64,000 bases of DNA from Lingula anatina. Its lineage: Eukaryota; Animalia; Brachiopoda. The stretch spans positions 36,648,401-36,712,400 of the forward strand of contig CM120641.1 in NCBI GenBank assembly GCA_051362555.1, read 5' to 3'. This document shows, one piece after another, positions 1 through 14,565 of this stretch. The notes under the pieces were generated by a model that was not told where the DNA came from, ran no database searches, and saw only the letters and a program-made list of their open reading frames with translations. How positions within the stretch are numbered: position 1 is the stretch's first letter; every line of letters starts with the position of its first letter. The translations under genes were made by a program, and so were the position numbers.

Positions 1-534
1 CTTGTTCTGTGAACATGCCCCCCCCAAAAAAAAAAGGAAAAAAAAGAAAGAAAGAAAAAAGAAAAAGAAAAAAAAACTGATTGAATTTCTTTGGTTTTTA
101 GTTAAGAATTCAATTGCAGAATTTTTTAGTCATCAGTCACAGCTGTTGTGATTGCTTTCCAATAGCCTCAACAAACACAATTTGGTCACTGTCATATATT
201 TTATCTGATCAGCAGAACCCCCCCCCCCCTCCATCTCTCTCTATATACATATAAATATATATATATATATATACATGCTTTCAAGCATTACATGTACTTA
301 CTTAGGAGATAATTTCCTATATTTGAAGTTTATACAGATAAGCATATTTATTCCTTATAGTAACACAGACACTGAGAAAGGTAGCACTGTAGTGATTTAA
401 ACATATGTGCATAATAATGTTATCTGGCGTTGCATAAAGGTGTGTGGCATATGATATTTGGTTGAGAAATATTTATCTCTGAGGAGCTTGTGTCCCTGCT
501 GTGCCTATAATAGGAAATGTTTTACCTTTTACAG

Positions 535-1517
535 TCTGGATGCTGAACTCTGGGAAATGTACCAGGACATTCAAGCATCGCCACCCAGTATCTGCTGTCG
601 CTATGTCCATTGAGGAGATAAAAGAGATCTGTATCACTGGTTGTGAGGGAGGGAAAGTCAAAATGTGGAACATTAAAACTGCTCAACTGCTTAAGGTAAG
701 ATTAAAACTAAATGACAAGGCATACCTCAGGCAAATCAGTTGAGATAATTAATATCAAATGATAGGTATTTTTAGATCAATTTTGTCACATTTGGTTGAA
801 GCTAGTTCACCACACCAATAACAACTATGTCACATGCTCTTCTACTGGACCACAAAATGCGGTTTAAAAAGAAAGAAGAGTTGTTTGTGATCTAAAATTT
901 CCATCAGACTTGTAAGTGCATAGCAGAGACTGATGGAGGTTTGAAAATGAAGAAGCTGGCAGACATTCTACCTGAAGTTCAGGGTCTGTGGTTAGGTAAC
1001 TGTTTATTTCATAAAGGAAGTCTAGCTACATTGAATGTTGAGTGTTGTATAGAAAAAGGTTTATATTCCTGGAAATTTCGGTAATTTGAGCTTCTGTGAA
1101 ACCCAACTTGAAGTATACTTTTCCTATCAAGACTTGCATAATCTGTTTGTGTAAATTTTTTTCCTGTACATTTGAAGCTTAATGTTAAAGTTTTTTTACT
1201 AACCTAAGCATATTTTTCAAAAAGGAAATAGAACATCATTTTGTTTATTTCCAGATACTTCTTTTTTTTTCTTTCAATTTTTCAGTGTCAAGATGATAAT
1301 GAAACTCTATGTCTATAGTGAATTATTCTTAAAACAGCCTTTACATTAGTTATATAGCAAAACATTCATTTCCCCTGAAAATCACCAATACCAAGGCATA
1401 CCTAAGGCAAATCAGTTGAGATAATAAATATCAAATGATAGGTATTTATAGATCAATTTTATAAAAACAAGCATTGTCTCCTTTGTTTTTTTCTTTTGTT
1501 TTATTATTATTATTGTT

Positions 1518-1548
<31 letters not shown>

Positions 1549-4500
1549 TTTTTCTGTCTTGATTTTTTTTTAGCATTTCTATGCTAAAAGTGGTATTCAT
1601 CCTGCAAATTCTGATTCACAAAAAGTGTATGGACGAAGCAACTTTGGTAGGAGAGGATCCTACGGAGGACTTTTTTTTAACCATTCGAGGCCAATTTTAC
1701 TTTAGATCATGCCCTCCATACATAACGATGTTTTTGTTATGTTTAATTTGTGCACATTTTGGCAAGACCCACTTTAAGGTAACATTTTGTTTGGTTTCAG
1801 AGACTTGATGGTCACCATGGCCCTGTATCCACTATCAAGTTTGACAGATGGCACATAATAACTGGCAGCAAAGATTACTATGCACTGGCCTGGAGTGCCC
1901 AGGGGAATCACAACAGATGTCTCACTGCACTGAGACACCCAGCGTGAGTGGAAATAACATATATTTATGATAAAAATTATGCATTTGAAATTACAGCACA
2001 TGTTGAGAGTTTGTAAATAAATTAACTGTTTAAGTTGGTGTCTTGAAATTATGTACAAAAGAAAATAGCAACAGCAATAAAAACAGCAATAAAGAAATAT
2101 GTGTCAGATCATGAAGTTTCTATCTTTAATTTTTTTTTCAGTGAGGTATTGTGTCTGGAGTTCATGTACCTTAGAGTTGTGACTGGATGTGCAGATGGGA
2201 AAGTTCGTATTTGGAACATGGTGACGGGAAATTGCCTGCGTATCATGAGGGGAAATAGTAGAAGTGATCCTATACTGAATCTCATTGCTATTGGGAATAG
2301 GTAAGAGCTTTTGCAATTTTCCCACATACCTCGAATTTTGAGAAAAATTATTTTCTATGTTTGATAATTATGTTTTATGGTGTGGCATAAACGGGAGTCA
2401 CCCAGCGCAAGCCATCAGATTGAACTTATGAGGAAAGACTTGCCAGCACCACTCATATATTTGGTGGTATGGACTTGATATGATTATTAAAGGTGTCAGG
2501 AAAACAACTCCCTGCGTGACTGATGTTGAGGTTATGATAGGGAAAAATAAATAAGATATCACAGAGGTTGTTAGGGAGGGAGGTGGAAATAAAGTTTGAA
2601 CAAAGTTTTCCTTCCTTTTGGTGTTCTCTCTATTCTCAGCTCATGTGTTCCTTAATCGAGGTCTCGACTCTTGTAGTTTCTGTTGTGGAATTGCTAACCT
2701 TTTGTTTTCAACTTAAAAAGGTTTGAATAAATTGTTCCATATAGTTAATTATGCTTACCATCCAGAAAAATTTTTCAATTTAAACAAAAAATATCAATCA
2801 TTTCATAAATAAATTTACCTTTTTTTAGGGTAACTCTGAACACAGTCAACAACCTCATTGTGCTCAACTTTGAAAACATCGATTGGGACTACACTTTAGA
2901 AAACGATAGAATGCCTCCATTGGTCACTTATGGCAGTTACTCAGATGTTCCAGTTAGGCAGCAGCCTTACCCTTACGTCAGAGCAAAAAGGATGGAAAAA
3001 GCTGGGGCAACTAACACAAAGATTGTTCAACATGATAAACCTGACACAAAAAAAGGTTTGTCTGGTCGAAGAGCTGCCAGTGCGCCACAGTTGGAGCATA
3101 GTGCCAGGCCTCTTAGTGGCAAGATAATGCAGAGTGCAATGGACACCCAGAGCACCATTAAGCCGGACTCTGGCTATAATTCCCTATGGGAGGAATCTCT
3201 GTATCGCGGAGAAAGCCGTCTGGCACAGAGGCCAGAAAGCCAGAAGGCGACGACTGGAATGACATCCGCAAAGCCACCCATGTCACCAAGTCTACACAAA
3301 GCTGGGCCTAAGTCACTGATGTCTGCGAAGTCCTTGGGATCTAGGTCTGGGGCTTCTAGTCCACAGAGGTCCAGGCAACATATCTCTGTCAGTGTTATGG
3401 ATCCTAAAGTGCCTAATTCTGACTACGAGGACAGTGAAGTTGACGCAGGCCCCACAGACATGAAGCGAAGAGTGTCCTGGGCTTTTGAGCACGCCCTGAT
3501 GCCCAAGACAAAAGAGCTCAGTCTTTCAGAAACTAAAGCCTTGTTAAGATCTCAGATAAGAGCCAAGGAGAATGCCATTCCACCCGACTTTATTTACATG
3601 ACAATAAACGCCATACATCAAAGCAAAAAATCCAGAGAAGAGATCAGTAGAAATACACTAATGAACCAGCAAGATTCGATGCTTGGAAGGAAAACTCGCC
3701 TTAATCGACCATCATCTGGTCCTGCCAGTATAGATCCAAGAACCAAAATCCCCATAGAAGAAATACTAGAGGATTGGGAGCAGTTCCAGCAGCCTCAGCA
3801 CATCGGCTTTCACAAATCTGCAGAATCTGTTTCATCTGCTGAAACATTTTCTACAGCCAGACTGTCTAAAAAGAACGTTCCTCAAACTACATCTGTACCA
3901 CGTCCAGCTACAAAGGCATGTGCAGTGGAATTTGTTTCCAAACCTGTCGATGTGAGCCCACACAAGAGCATGCATTCTAAGAAGGTAAAGTCAACCATTC
4001 CCAAGGCACAGGTGATTCGACCACATACAGCAGTTATGCTTCGAAGTTCTTCAACTTCAAATTTGCCCCAGGACATTGGTAACAAAGCTTTACGGCCAAA
4101 GACAGCCCCCACAAAACTGAGACCCAAAACAGCCACAACAGTGCACACTTTACAATCAGAGGTCACAGCTTCAGGAGGTAAAGTCAAGTCTCACGGTTAT
4201 ACCACATCTACTCCTGCAGCAACCATGACTCCAATGCTGATGTACCCACCTGGTTTTCGAGAGAAAATGGAGCAGCTGCAGCAGGTTCGACAACAAAAAC
4301 TTGCCGCTCAGGTCAGTGTTATTCGGTCCAGCAGTGAGCCAGCTCTCGGCAAAGTCAGCCAGTATAACAATCCAATGAGAACACATACAGAGTTTAGGCT
4401 CTTTACTCATGAACAGGAAGAGCAAAAAATAGCCAACATGGGGAAAATTACAAGGGATCACAACAAAAAGCTTGAAAGAGAAGCTGAAAAGGAAAAGAGA

Positions 4501-4608
4501 GAACTGTGGTTGGCTAAGGCCAAAGGTCAGACACACAAAGATTTTGCAAGAAGACCCAGATCTGTAGCACCAGAATTACAGGAATACTGGGAAAATAGTA
4601 GCTTGTAG
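535..4608 (+). CDS. FBXW10: FBXW10/CDRT1-like F-box/WD40 protein, 3' part (5' exons lie outside the window)
   Basis: GT-AG exons 535-695, 1801-1943, 2142-2300 and 2829-4608 (TAG) join in frame. WD40 repeats read ...LDGHHGPVSTIKFDRWHIITGSKD...RHPAEVLCLEFMYLRVVTGCADGKVRIWN...RGNSRSDPIL...GNRVTLNT...FENIDWDY, resembling the end of the vertebrate FBXW10 WD region. A long Ser/Pro/Lys-rich tail follows. Confidence 0.8.
716..1460 (+). repeat. ~68-bp direct repeat within one intron (copies ~716-783 and ~1393-1460)
   Basis: caaggcatacct(c/a)aggcaaatcagttgagataa(t/-)...atatcaaatgataggtattt(t/a)tagatcaatttt occurs twice with few mismatches. Confidence 0.85.
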
Positions 4609-6908
4609 AAAGTCCTTGTTGACCTTTAAGAGAAAAAATCTCTATCCTTGTGATTAATGCCATTCTGATTTTAGCATTATTAAATAGACTTGATTTTAAT
4701 TAAAGACATAAATTAGATTGAAATTTACATTCCCACGAGTGCCACATTTGTGCAAAATGCATGAAGAAAAATGCATATCACATGATAGGCAAGAGGTTGT
4801 GAAATCTAGATTAGAGAACTAGATTAGAGAAGCAATGAAAAATGTAAAAGGACTTCTGCACTTTTTTAAATCATTTTTTTTCTTTTTGCAAGATTTTTTT
4901 CTTTTTCATTTGGGTTGTGTATTTCAGAGAACTACAGCAATAATTGTCATTCAGCACCATTTTTCAGATTTAGTATGACGTGTAGCTTTGGGAGATGTTG
5001 AAGTGTATTTTACTTTTTGACATCTTGTTCACTTTTCATAAAAATGAGACTAATGCTCAATAGATCTGTTGTCTTTAATTAGATTTCATACAGCAATACA
5101 TTTTCTATAATTTATTTTTATTTAAACAAAATCGACAAAAGGTAAAACAATTTGGAAGACTACTTCTTGGTATCTGTTATATTGGTTGATCCTTCTTGTC
5201 AGTTCACTTTCAAGAATAAAGACAATTTTAAATCCATAGAGACTTGCATTTTATTAGGGAGGGAGGGAGGGATACAGGCTGTAAATGCCATTTCCGAACA
5301 GAAACAATTGATATTAGTTATTTTAAAACAGTCAACACCATCACCATGCAAATTCATACCAGTTGGCATGGTGTTATCTGAAGAAATACAGACGCCTGAT
5401 GGTAGATTAAAAATGAAACAAAAACATGGTTTTACTGGCAGGTGAATGTCAACTATATAGATAGCTTCATGTGATCAGACTATATTAAATCAAGACCCGT
5501 CTTATCAGACATGCTGCAGCATGAAATGATAGATGATACAGAATTACAGTATACAGAAAGCTGAACATTTCATCCAACTTCATCATGCAAGGTCAATTAC
5601 TTAGACATTCCAAATAATTGCTCCATCACACGCTGTGAATTTGTTTTCAAGGATAACTATATCATGATGGTTTATTACCTTACAAGCTTGTCTTTTTTCA
5701 CTGGATTTATTTGGTCACATTTAAGGACATAAGAAAATTATACTGAGACATAAAAAATAAAAAAAAAAAAAAACACAGGTAAAAAAATATCCAGAAGGAA
5801 CTGGAAAAAACAGGTTTAGAATGCTCTTGGCTTGTAAATCAATGAAGATCAATATCCTTATTTCATTCAAGGACACGAACAAAATGTTTACCTGCAATTT
5901 GAGAAGAATGACATTTGGCATTGAAAAAAAAAAAAACCAGTAAATCATCCTTTAGGTTTGTAAATGCAATCCAATTACCTGTTGATGACATTAAAAACAA
6001 AATGAAAAATAAAGTTATTTTTGAAGGACAAAAAAAAAAAAAAAGGTACAACTCTCAAATTGCAATGCTTTCATTTTTACTTTTTTGTGGAGACCATATC
6101 AACTTTAAAGAATGCCTAGGATGTTGAAGAGCAGCACTACTGTCATGAGATTACCTTGCAAAGATGACTCATTTCAAGATAGTGATTTTCTGAAACCTTT
6201 TAAGGCAGTATATCATGTGAAAAGAAACCATATTTTTGACAATGCATTTTCCACCTTTTCTGAAAAAATAAAAAAAAAAACTTGAAAAAAAAAATAAATA
6301 AAAAATAACCCATCATGAAAACATTTCAAACAAAGACCAAAAGCATGTCAAGCACATGATATTAATACTTGGAACAAAACACCCAATATATGCTGTCAAA
6401 GGGAATTTAATGATAAAATATGCATGTTATGTACAACACACAGTAATCTTGACTATGTTTTAGGTAAATGTAAAATACAATCATACACTATAGAACTAAA
6501 ATATGCAATGCTGTTGTAAAAAAAATCTGATATACATTTTCCCCACTTAAAGGAATGCAAAAAGAGAGGGATAAAATTATAACAAATACCAGCTAATGAA
6601 CTTAGACCTTTAAAAAGACTACAAACACCACTATTATTTAATCTATCTATGAAAATATGCTCATATTAACAAATATATTTGTCTATCCACCACCTTTAGT
6701 AAAGCTTGTTAATACCCAAAATATTAAAACTGGAGAAAATGGTAGAGCTAAAAAAAAGTCCTCAGAAAACGTTACTACAAAGCTGATAAAACAATCATGA
6801 CATACAACTTCCTTTTGACATCACCAGCAATTTTCAGAAAATGAATACCATGAAGCAACTGATATCTCTAAAATGAAGTTCGTATTAAAAATGTGTTTTG
6901 ACTTTTGC

Positions 6909-9565
6909 TTATGCAATGCAAGCATGAGGACAGCAGTCAAGGTCAACATTGATAAGCACTGATAAGGCATTATCTAGAAGAAATTGTGAACTAAGCAAAT
7001 CATCCTTCTTCAACAGTCTCAAGCGACCACGTTTCGTGTTTTCATTACTTCCACCTGGACTACTTGCCCGGGTTACACTATTACACTTAATAGAGGTGTG
7101 CACATGATCTCTGCTTTCCTTATGTTGATTATAGATGGTAATATGGCAAGTGGCATCCACAGGGAAAATTAGCTGGTTGTCATAACAACCCTCTTCCAGG
7201 ATAACAAAGACTGACGTATAAATCTCACCGACATCTTGGTATCCATCCAGTTCCAGCTGCACAGAGAACTTATAACCAGGGCACGCTGTATAGAAGGAAG
7301 GACTGACTAGGGTCTGACTGTGGTCCTCTGGAATAGGAACCTTCCACAGGAGTTTGCCATTGAATGTTGTAGACTCTAGGAACTGGACATGGTCCAGCTG
7401 TGAACGAACAACTAATTGCTGCTCCTCTATCAACCTGTGAGTAAAAAAAGGTAATTAGGGTAAAAAAATAAAATGAAATTTAAAATTGAACTTAAACTGC
7501 AAAATTAAAATGGTCTTACTACAGCTATGTGTTGCTCATCAATATATTTAAATAATATAATATATAGTCAGTGTCTATAAAATGTACAGAGAAAGCATTT
7601 TATATGTATCTGCAGAACTTGATAGTCAAGAACTAAATCGTACCTTAATCAAGCTGTAGGTATGCAAAACAGTACTCTTACAAAAACTCAAATAACGCTA
7701 AGTAGAAACTTAAGTTTTAAATATTATAAACACCAACAAAATTTGCATCAATAATGAACAACTCAAGTGAGTCAGTGATAACAGCTTTGGCTAAATTCCT
7801 CAACCTCTCTTTTGAGAAAAGAAACTGTTTCATCTTCCCATGAATTTAATTGTGTATGAGTAATTTTTCTTTAATGGACTAACAGGTTGGAAAATTTTAT
7901 CAATTTGTGTAACTGATAGTCTATGTATTTTTATTATTATTATCTCTGCAAATTTTCAATTGCTCAGTTTTGTACAAAAGTATGAATAAAGGATGTGTGC
8001 GTGTGTATGCATGCATGATCAGTTGGTTTCCACACAAAGACGTCAAATTACTAATTAAAAAAATATTAAATATGACTACAAACTAATTAGATGGCAAAAG
8101 CATTCATTGAGAAACAACATATAACTGTATAAAACAGCAGATGGCAATTTCTCACCTGTGTTGCTGTTTTGCCAGATCTGCCAGTCTACTGCATGCCTCT
8201 CTGCTGTCCTCCAGCTCCTCTACTTGCAACTGCAGTCTAGTTTCTTGGAGATTCAGGTAAGTGGACAGTAAGGCCAGATGGGAGTCCACTGCCTCCTGAT
8301 AGTGCTCAGAGATGTTCTTTCTTGGACCCTATGGCAAAAAATTGAAATTTGCAAATAAAAAATAATTGATCAATTTAAAATGGAGGAATTTTTTTGTAAA
8401 ATAATGTATTTGGTGACAAATAATACAAGAAAACAACATATATACTTATTTATGTAACTTCATTTCCTTTATTTCTCCGACCTTGCCAAATTTCAAAATT
8501 CTATCTTTTGGTACAAAATGACAAACGATGCAAAATGTTTTGAAAATGTGTTCTAATTACAAGATTGGAATCTTAGCAGCATCTTACACTTAGGCCTTTT
8601 AAAAACTAAAATCTCCATGATAGTGTGGGGCGCTCATCTTTCAATACAAGAGAATTTTGTTTACAGAATCCCTACACAGCCAAATCATCTTCAAAGTAAT
8701 TTTATAAAGTTGCAGCAAGATTTCATTTCCAGACTTAAAATCACATCAGTTCAGTAGTATGTTTCACAAAAACTTTGTCTACATCACAGCTAGCTGCCTT
8801 AGACCCCATTCCCACAGATTTTAGATCGATCTATCCCTGTGAGGAGTCTCACCAGATAACTGTCAGCTTAGCCGGCTTAAGTGTCTGTCCCGCCTACTAA
8901 AAGCTGTAAGGGGGTAATTAACTACTGTGAGCGCTCAGCTGACTGCAATTTAACGTGAACCCCCAGGGAGTTATGTCGATCTGGATGGATCAATCTAAAT
9001 CTCTGGGAATGCACTCTTCATGTTGAAATAAAAGGGCTCTAGGCATCACCTGATAATGACACCCAACACTTTGAAACTTGCATGGCACTTTAGTGTAGGG
9101 ACAACCTCCATATACAACATCAACATGGTCAGCAATGTTGATTCTTAATATTCCCGTCTCTCCACAAGCTGTGCAGTTCACTGGGAATTGCATGCAGTGA
9201 AGGAGTTGATGCTTCTGGAAATTCAATAACAGCATAAGAAAAAAAATTACATTCATTTTATCTCCTGAAAAGGACATAAGTCACTGTCATGCAGTTTTTC
9301 ATTATCCACTGAGATCAACATGTACATTACATTAACCTGAGACTCACCCAAGGAGATATCTGCTTCTAGCCAAACCACCAGATCATTTTTTGGAAAACAA
9401 TTTTTTTTAAACCAGATCAAAGACAAATCTAAAGAAAAACAATTGTATTTTATACATTCTTGATTCTGATATGAATATATTAAGTGAATGTCAAATATTC
9501 TACTCTATTAGAGAGAGCACTAATTTTATAAGCAATTTTAAAAGATAAAAACATTTATGAGTTGT

Positions 9566-9622
<57 letters not shown>

Positions 9623-11108
9623 GCTTCATTTAAGTGATTTGGTTTATTCAGTAATTAAGTAGCCCTCAAAATGTTTAAGATTATACAATGAAATAAAGAC
9701 ACTTTATGTTAAATACTTTTCAAACATTTCAACTTTACTATGTCCTTTTTCACACAAGATGATCATTATGTACTAAGATTATGAATGAATAAATTTATAA
9801 ATGAGCAATTAATCATCACCAAAATCTAGCTCATTTCATCAAAATCCCTCAATACCTTTTTTGCATAATGTTGCTAACAGACAAACAGACTTAATTAATT
9901 AACTAATTGATTAACAAATGGATAACCACCAATATTTTAAGCATCTAATCGCTTGTTACTTTGTTCATCTCCTCCATTTCTGAAAATTCCATCAAAATCT
10001 TTCGCATCATCACAACTTTTGTATAATGTTGGACAGAGCGGCAAATTATTAACTAATTAACCATTAATTTATCAATGGATCACCATCAAAATCTAACAAT
10101 TTGTTACTCGGTTTCCAACCGACAGTTTATAAAAATTTCACCAAAATTTGTCCAAATCAAATGGAACAAAAAAACAAAAACCCCTTGGCCAAGGCGATAA
10201 TTATTACTACAAATTAGATATTGTCATGATTGTGGTGATAATTCAGGGGGATAATCATATACCACCGTGGTGATAACAATGTCCAAGACTACAGCTGTCT
10301 TAATTAGGCAATTTAACATCTATAATCATTACTTCTATAGAAATAATTATCACTGCAGACCATAATTAGGTAAATGTTTTCACCAGGGAAACATGTAAGA
10401 TACCCCCTGGACAGAGATGGAGAGGCAAAAAAGTAGCTTATTAAATACAAAATTAAGTATAAAATTAAGGTATAAAAAGCTGCCAATAGGCTTGCATCTC
10501 CGTTTTTTTCAAAACTTTTTCAATAAAAAGTCAAATTAACACCTTAGAGGAAATAATGCTCTGAATATTCTTAGTCTGGATACAATGACTTCTGACAAAA
10601 AATTAATTTTTAGGAAAGGGGGGGGGGGGGGGTGAGGGGAGCTTATGATTCCAACCAACATTCTGATAATGTGCAGATCTTACATACTACCTTGGCCACA
10701 AATAAGTTGGTCAATTTCTAAAACAATGTTAAATAATTATTACCAAGGAAAATATAATTAACACTGTGGTAGGATTCATTTCTAACACAATGAAAACTCA
10801 AATTCACTTAGAAATAAATCTGTAAAGAAAACTAACAATTTTAGTGTCTGGAGGCAGCAGGCATTTTCATAATACTTTCATTACATGCATAATAAACAAA
10901 TTACAAATAAACTTTCAAGGTAACAAAATTCAAACTTATAACTCACCGTCATCTCTGTGTGTATTATATGTTCACTGCAGTACTGGCACTGCTTCAGTCT
11001 CTTTGGGCAGCTCTCAGAATGGTTTGCTATGTCACATTTTGGAAACTGAGATCCACACCTATGCTCACAGTCCACCAAAACATAGTCACAATTCTGCAGA
11101 TGGTCCTG

Positions 11109-11144
<36 letters not shown>

Positions 11145-11976
11145 TAAAAACAACTTAAAAATAGGTCTCCTTCCGTAAACATTTTATTCCATGAAAAGAG
11201 CCAAAGCAGGATGAGCTACCCTTGCTACACTCTGCAAAAATAAATAAATAAATAAATAAATAATCAATTAATACTTTTAAGATTATTTCATGACGTAATT
11301 GCACAGCAAGGCTAGAAATTAAATTAAATATCAGTCTCTCAACACCCTGCCTGTATTTCTAAATATGGAGTAATTTACAAGGAGACAGTACAGCACTCCT
11401 TCCTTATCAACCATTAATGTCTTTCTATCTTAGGGCCTCTCTACACTGGACGGCTTCCTTTCTGCGTCCAGCAGTACGGCCCCATTAAACTTTAAAAACT
11501 TTACGGCCGACAACTGGCCGATCATTGAGCATTCATTCTGATACAAAATCAATGCTTGTGTCTCTTTATTAAAACCACAGCGATGCCAAATTTCATGGTC
11601 GCAGAAAGGATGCAGAAAGGACGCCGTCCAGTGTAAAGGGGGTATGAAGCAATAAAATCTATACGTTCCCTTCATTACTTCACAAATTTTTGATAAAACT
11701 TGGAAGTGTTTACAATATGATCAATACCCCCTTAATTATTTCCATTTTGCTAGAAAATAAATTAAACACAAGAGTCCCCAATAAACAGAAAAAAGGTGAT
11801 TCAAATGTTTGTACACATTAACTTTTTCCCCTGGTTGCTAATGAACACAACTATGCAGGCCTGGTGGTTTGGTTTCTGTACCAGATTTTTTTAAAAAAGG
11901 AGGTAATTGCAAGCTTGTTTACCAAACATGCAATGAAATACTTTTTTATTTTCTAACTGATATTCCAGATTTAAAA

Positions 11977-12007
<31 letters not shown>

Positions 12008-13877
12008 GCAAAAATAAAAAAATACAAAGAAATGGTTTCACTGTTTTTTTTTTTTTTTTTTTTCACAAAAAGAGATTACAGAAAATTCAATATATAAAAA
12101 TATATAATAACTATCTTCTAATCAACACAAGCAACTACTGTACACGTTTATAAAAAAGGTGCCAAACTTATTTTAAAAAAAAACACTTTAAAACATACAA
12201 TAAATAAAAAATGTTCAAAATGAATCAGTTGCATTGATGGACAACTGCTGGTTAAGATTTGGTTGCCTGAGAGCAAGAAGTGGTTGAAAGATGCAACCAC
12301 ACAACCCTTAATGTCAAGACCTCAATTTTGTCGTATAATGTTCATGCCTCCTGGAAACTGTCTATACGTCACTGTTTGAGCATAGGATAGCCTATCTTAA
12401 GGCTGGACAGCTAGCTTAAATTCAAACGACATGTCAAAATTCTGAGTACTGCTTCAATAGCACATGCACTGTGAGCATTATCAGGGGCGGATTTAGGCCG
12501 TCTTCTGGGTCTTCCGGAAGACGGTCAGATTTTCAAGTTTACATTGACGGGTATATAATTTTTTCTGTCGGAAGACGGTCAAAAATGGAGGACGGATCAA
12601 CAAAGATAATTTGGAAGACTGTCAGAAAATATCTCTGAATCCGCCCCTGATTATTATCAAAATAGTAGTAAGAAGTGGACATGTGCTTATCTAATACTAT
12701 AATATGTGTAAGATTTAATGATTTAATAAGATTTAAAATTATTCCATTTAGATTCCATCAATAATAACTTTAAAATTACACCCATTTTTAATAAACCTTT
12801 GTACACAAGACCTCATAACATTGATTGAAAAGATGTAAACAAAACTCCAGATTTTTAAACTATTTCTTTCTTTTTTCTTTTTTTTTTTTTTTTTTTGATC
12901 TATACCTGCAAGTCTCTCAGTTCCTCTGCCCACTGGCAGCCATGGTCCATATTATGACATTTCACACGGAGAGACAATACCTCTCTCCTAACAGCATTAT
13001 CATCAAAAACCTGTAATTAACCATAACAAAAAAAATCAAAAATCTTATAAGTAGATCTGAAACCTACAAAAGGTGGTCACTAAAATGTAAAAAAAATTAA
13101 ATATAGAAGACTGAAGTGGTATTTAGACATCCTGTTGGTTCAAGAACACTCAAGGTTAAAACTTGGTGAAATCAGGTGCATTTACCTAGGAATCTAATAG
13201 GCCTACTGTTTCAATTTTGAAACCAAATTGTCCTGACACTAATTTTGACTAAAAGTTGTAACATATAGCATAGACAACCACAAATTCACAATTATTGATT
13301 ATTGCTAGATGATCATTTGTGAAACACCCTTTTGTACAGCTGAGCAGAAGTAGAGAGTTACTCAAGTTTTAATTTGAAAAAGATATCTCATCAAACTAGC
13401 CAACAATGCAATCACTGCAAGAGCTCAATGGTGCTAAATAACTTGCATCTGTCACTGCATCAAACCAGGTGTTGTCCACTGGGCACTTGGCAAATCTCCG
13501 CGTCCTGAAAACAAGAGAAAACATTTGGTGAAATTGATAAAAAGATTACTAAGGGATAAAGCCTTTCATTTGCACAAGAAGTCACAGAACAGGTGGCGGT
13601 TTCAATGTGCAGAAAATAACGTGCACCTGTCGGAAAATCAATTAACTGGTCAGCATTAAATATTCAACTGACTATTTTCACATTGTTAATTAGGCAGAGA
13701 TTGTGTTGATTGCAGTCATACTATGACATTTAACAGGCCTGTGGCCAGCAAATTGAAAAGGGGGGTTCTTTTTCTGAAAATTTGGACCTTTAAGGCTTTT
13801 ACAGTGAAACTTATGTGTACCTAGATAAAATTTCACCCAAAATGGACCTTTTCCTGACAAAAGGGGCGGTTCTTTCG

Positions 13878-13910
<33 letters not shown>

Positions 13911-14406
13911 CCCCCCCCCCCCCCCCCCCCCATGGCTACAGGCCTGTTTAAGTTAAATACATGTATCTAGAAATCATGTATATAGATATCTGGTAAGTAT
14001 GAATAAATGCAGAAATTTTACTTGTCAAGAGCCAAGCAGAAGGCTACCTGAGAAATCAACTGTAGCAGACTGCTTACTGTAGCAGGGGTAGATCCAGGTA
14101 AAAATGTTGGTTCTTTATTTAATGTTTACAGCCAAGACTTATTTTTAGGACTCATTACCGAACGACCTTATACTTCTCTTACCCTACAACACCTTTCAAA
14201 CAGGTCTTGCAAAATCTGTGTCCACATTTCGTTTGGATGGCATCTCTGAAGGCAGCCAGACAAACAGGACAAACATATTTCCTATCTAAGTCTGGTTCAA
14301 ATGTTTCATCATAGCCTTGGCTTGGCTCCTGGTTGCTGCCGCTACAACTGGTCCTGCTGCTTGTTCGGCCTTGACGCCTGGGTGTACTGCTTCGAGACAT
14401 CTCCAT
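6909..14406 (-). CDS. TRAF6: TNF receptor-associated factor, TRAF6-like (RING, TRAF zinc fingers, coiled coil, MATH)
   Basis: Exons 14406-14183, 13504-13447 (GC donor), 13010-12906, 11105-10947, 9214-9050, 8328-8156 and 7434-6909 keep frame. Motifs: QGYDETFEPDLDRKYVCPVCL...TKCGHRFCKTC (RING), KCPVDN, REVLSLRVKC, zinc fingers, and MATH domain FNGKLLWKV...SPSFYTACPGYKF. Probable non-coding exon with donor at 14565. Confidence 0.88.
8800..9017. mobile_element. MITE-like element with terminal inverted repeats (TRAF6 intron)
   Basis: cattcccacagattttagatcgatctatcc is answered by ggatggatcaatctaaatctctgggaatg. Confidence 0.65.
9567..9617. repeat. (CA)n microsatellite
   Basis: Pure CA dinucleotide run. 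Confidence 0.95.
9790..10202 (+). mobile_element. Possible Helentron/HINE-like non-autonomous element remnant
   Basis: Internally repeated blocks (atcaccaaaatcta, tttcatcaaaatc, ataatgttg), an ACAG-type microsatellite (acagacaaacagac) and a terminal palindrome ccttggccaagg. This layout is typical of such elements; the boundaries are approximate. Confidence 0.4.
11432..11644. mobile_element. MITE (PIF/Harbinger-like)
   Basis: Inverted ends ctctctacactggacggc ... gccgtccagtgtaaaggg; CpG-rich relative to the flanks. Confidence 0.65.
12482..12649 (+). mobile_element. MITE, CAGGGGCGGAT family, copy 1
   Basis: TIRs caggggcggatt...aatccgcccctg flanked by attat/attat. A close copy lies in the opposite orientation at 18666-18832. 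Confidence 0.85.
13734..13946. mobile_element. MITE with internal poly-C tract
   Basis: TIRs caggcctgtggcca ... tggctacaggcctg flanked by tttaa/tttaa. Confidence 0.75.
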
Positions 14407-14565
14407 TTCCTCGGGTTAAAAGTTAAAACACACCTGATGGAATAGATGGAATAGCAATTTTAAGTTAATAATGTTTATATAAAGTAGCAAGAAAGAAATG
14501 ATAACATCTTCAGTGCTTTACTACCGTCATTTTAACATTTTGAACCTGAGAAGTAAAACACATAC

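Noticed and set aside
3882-4536. Minus-strand ORFs of 101 and 121 aa
   Set aside because: Antisense shadows of the large FBXW10-like exon.
5152-6127. Small ORFs between the convergent FBXW10-like and TRAF6 genes
   Set aside because: AT-rich 3'-UTR-like sequence with no recognisable motifs or splice structure.
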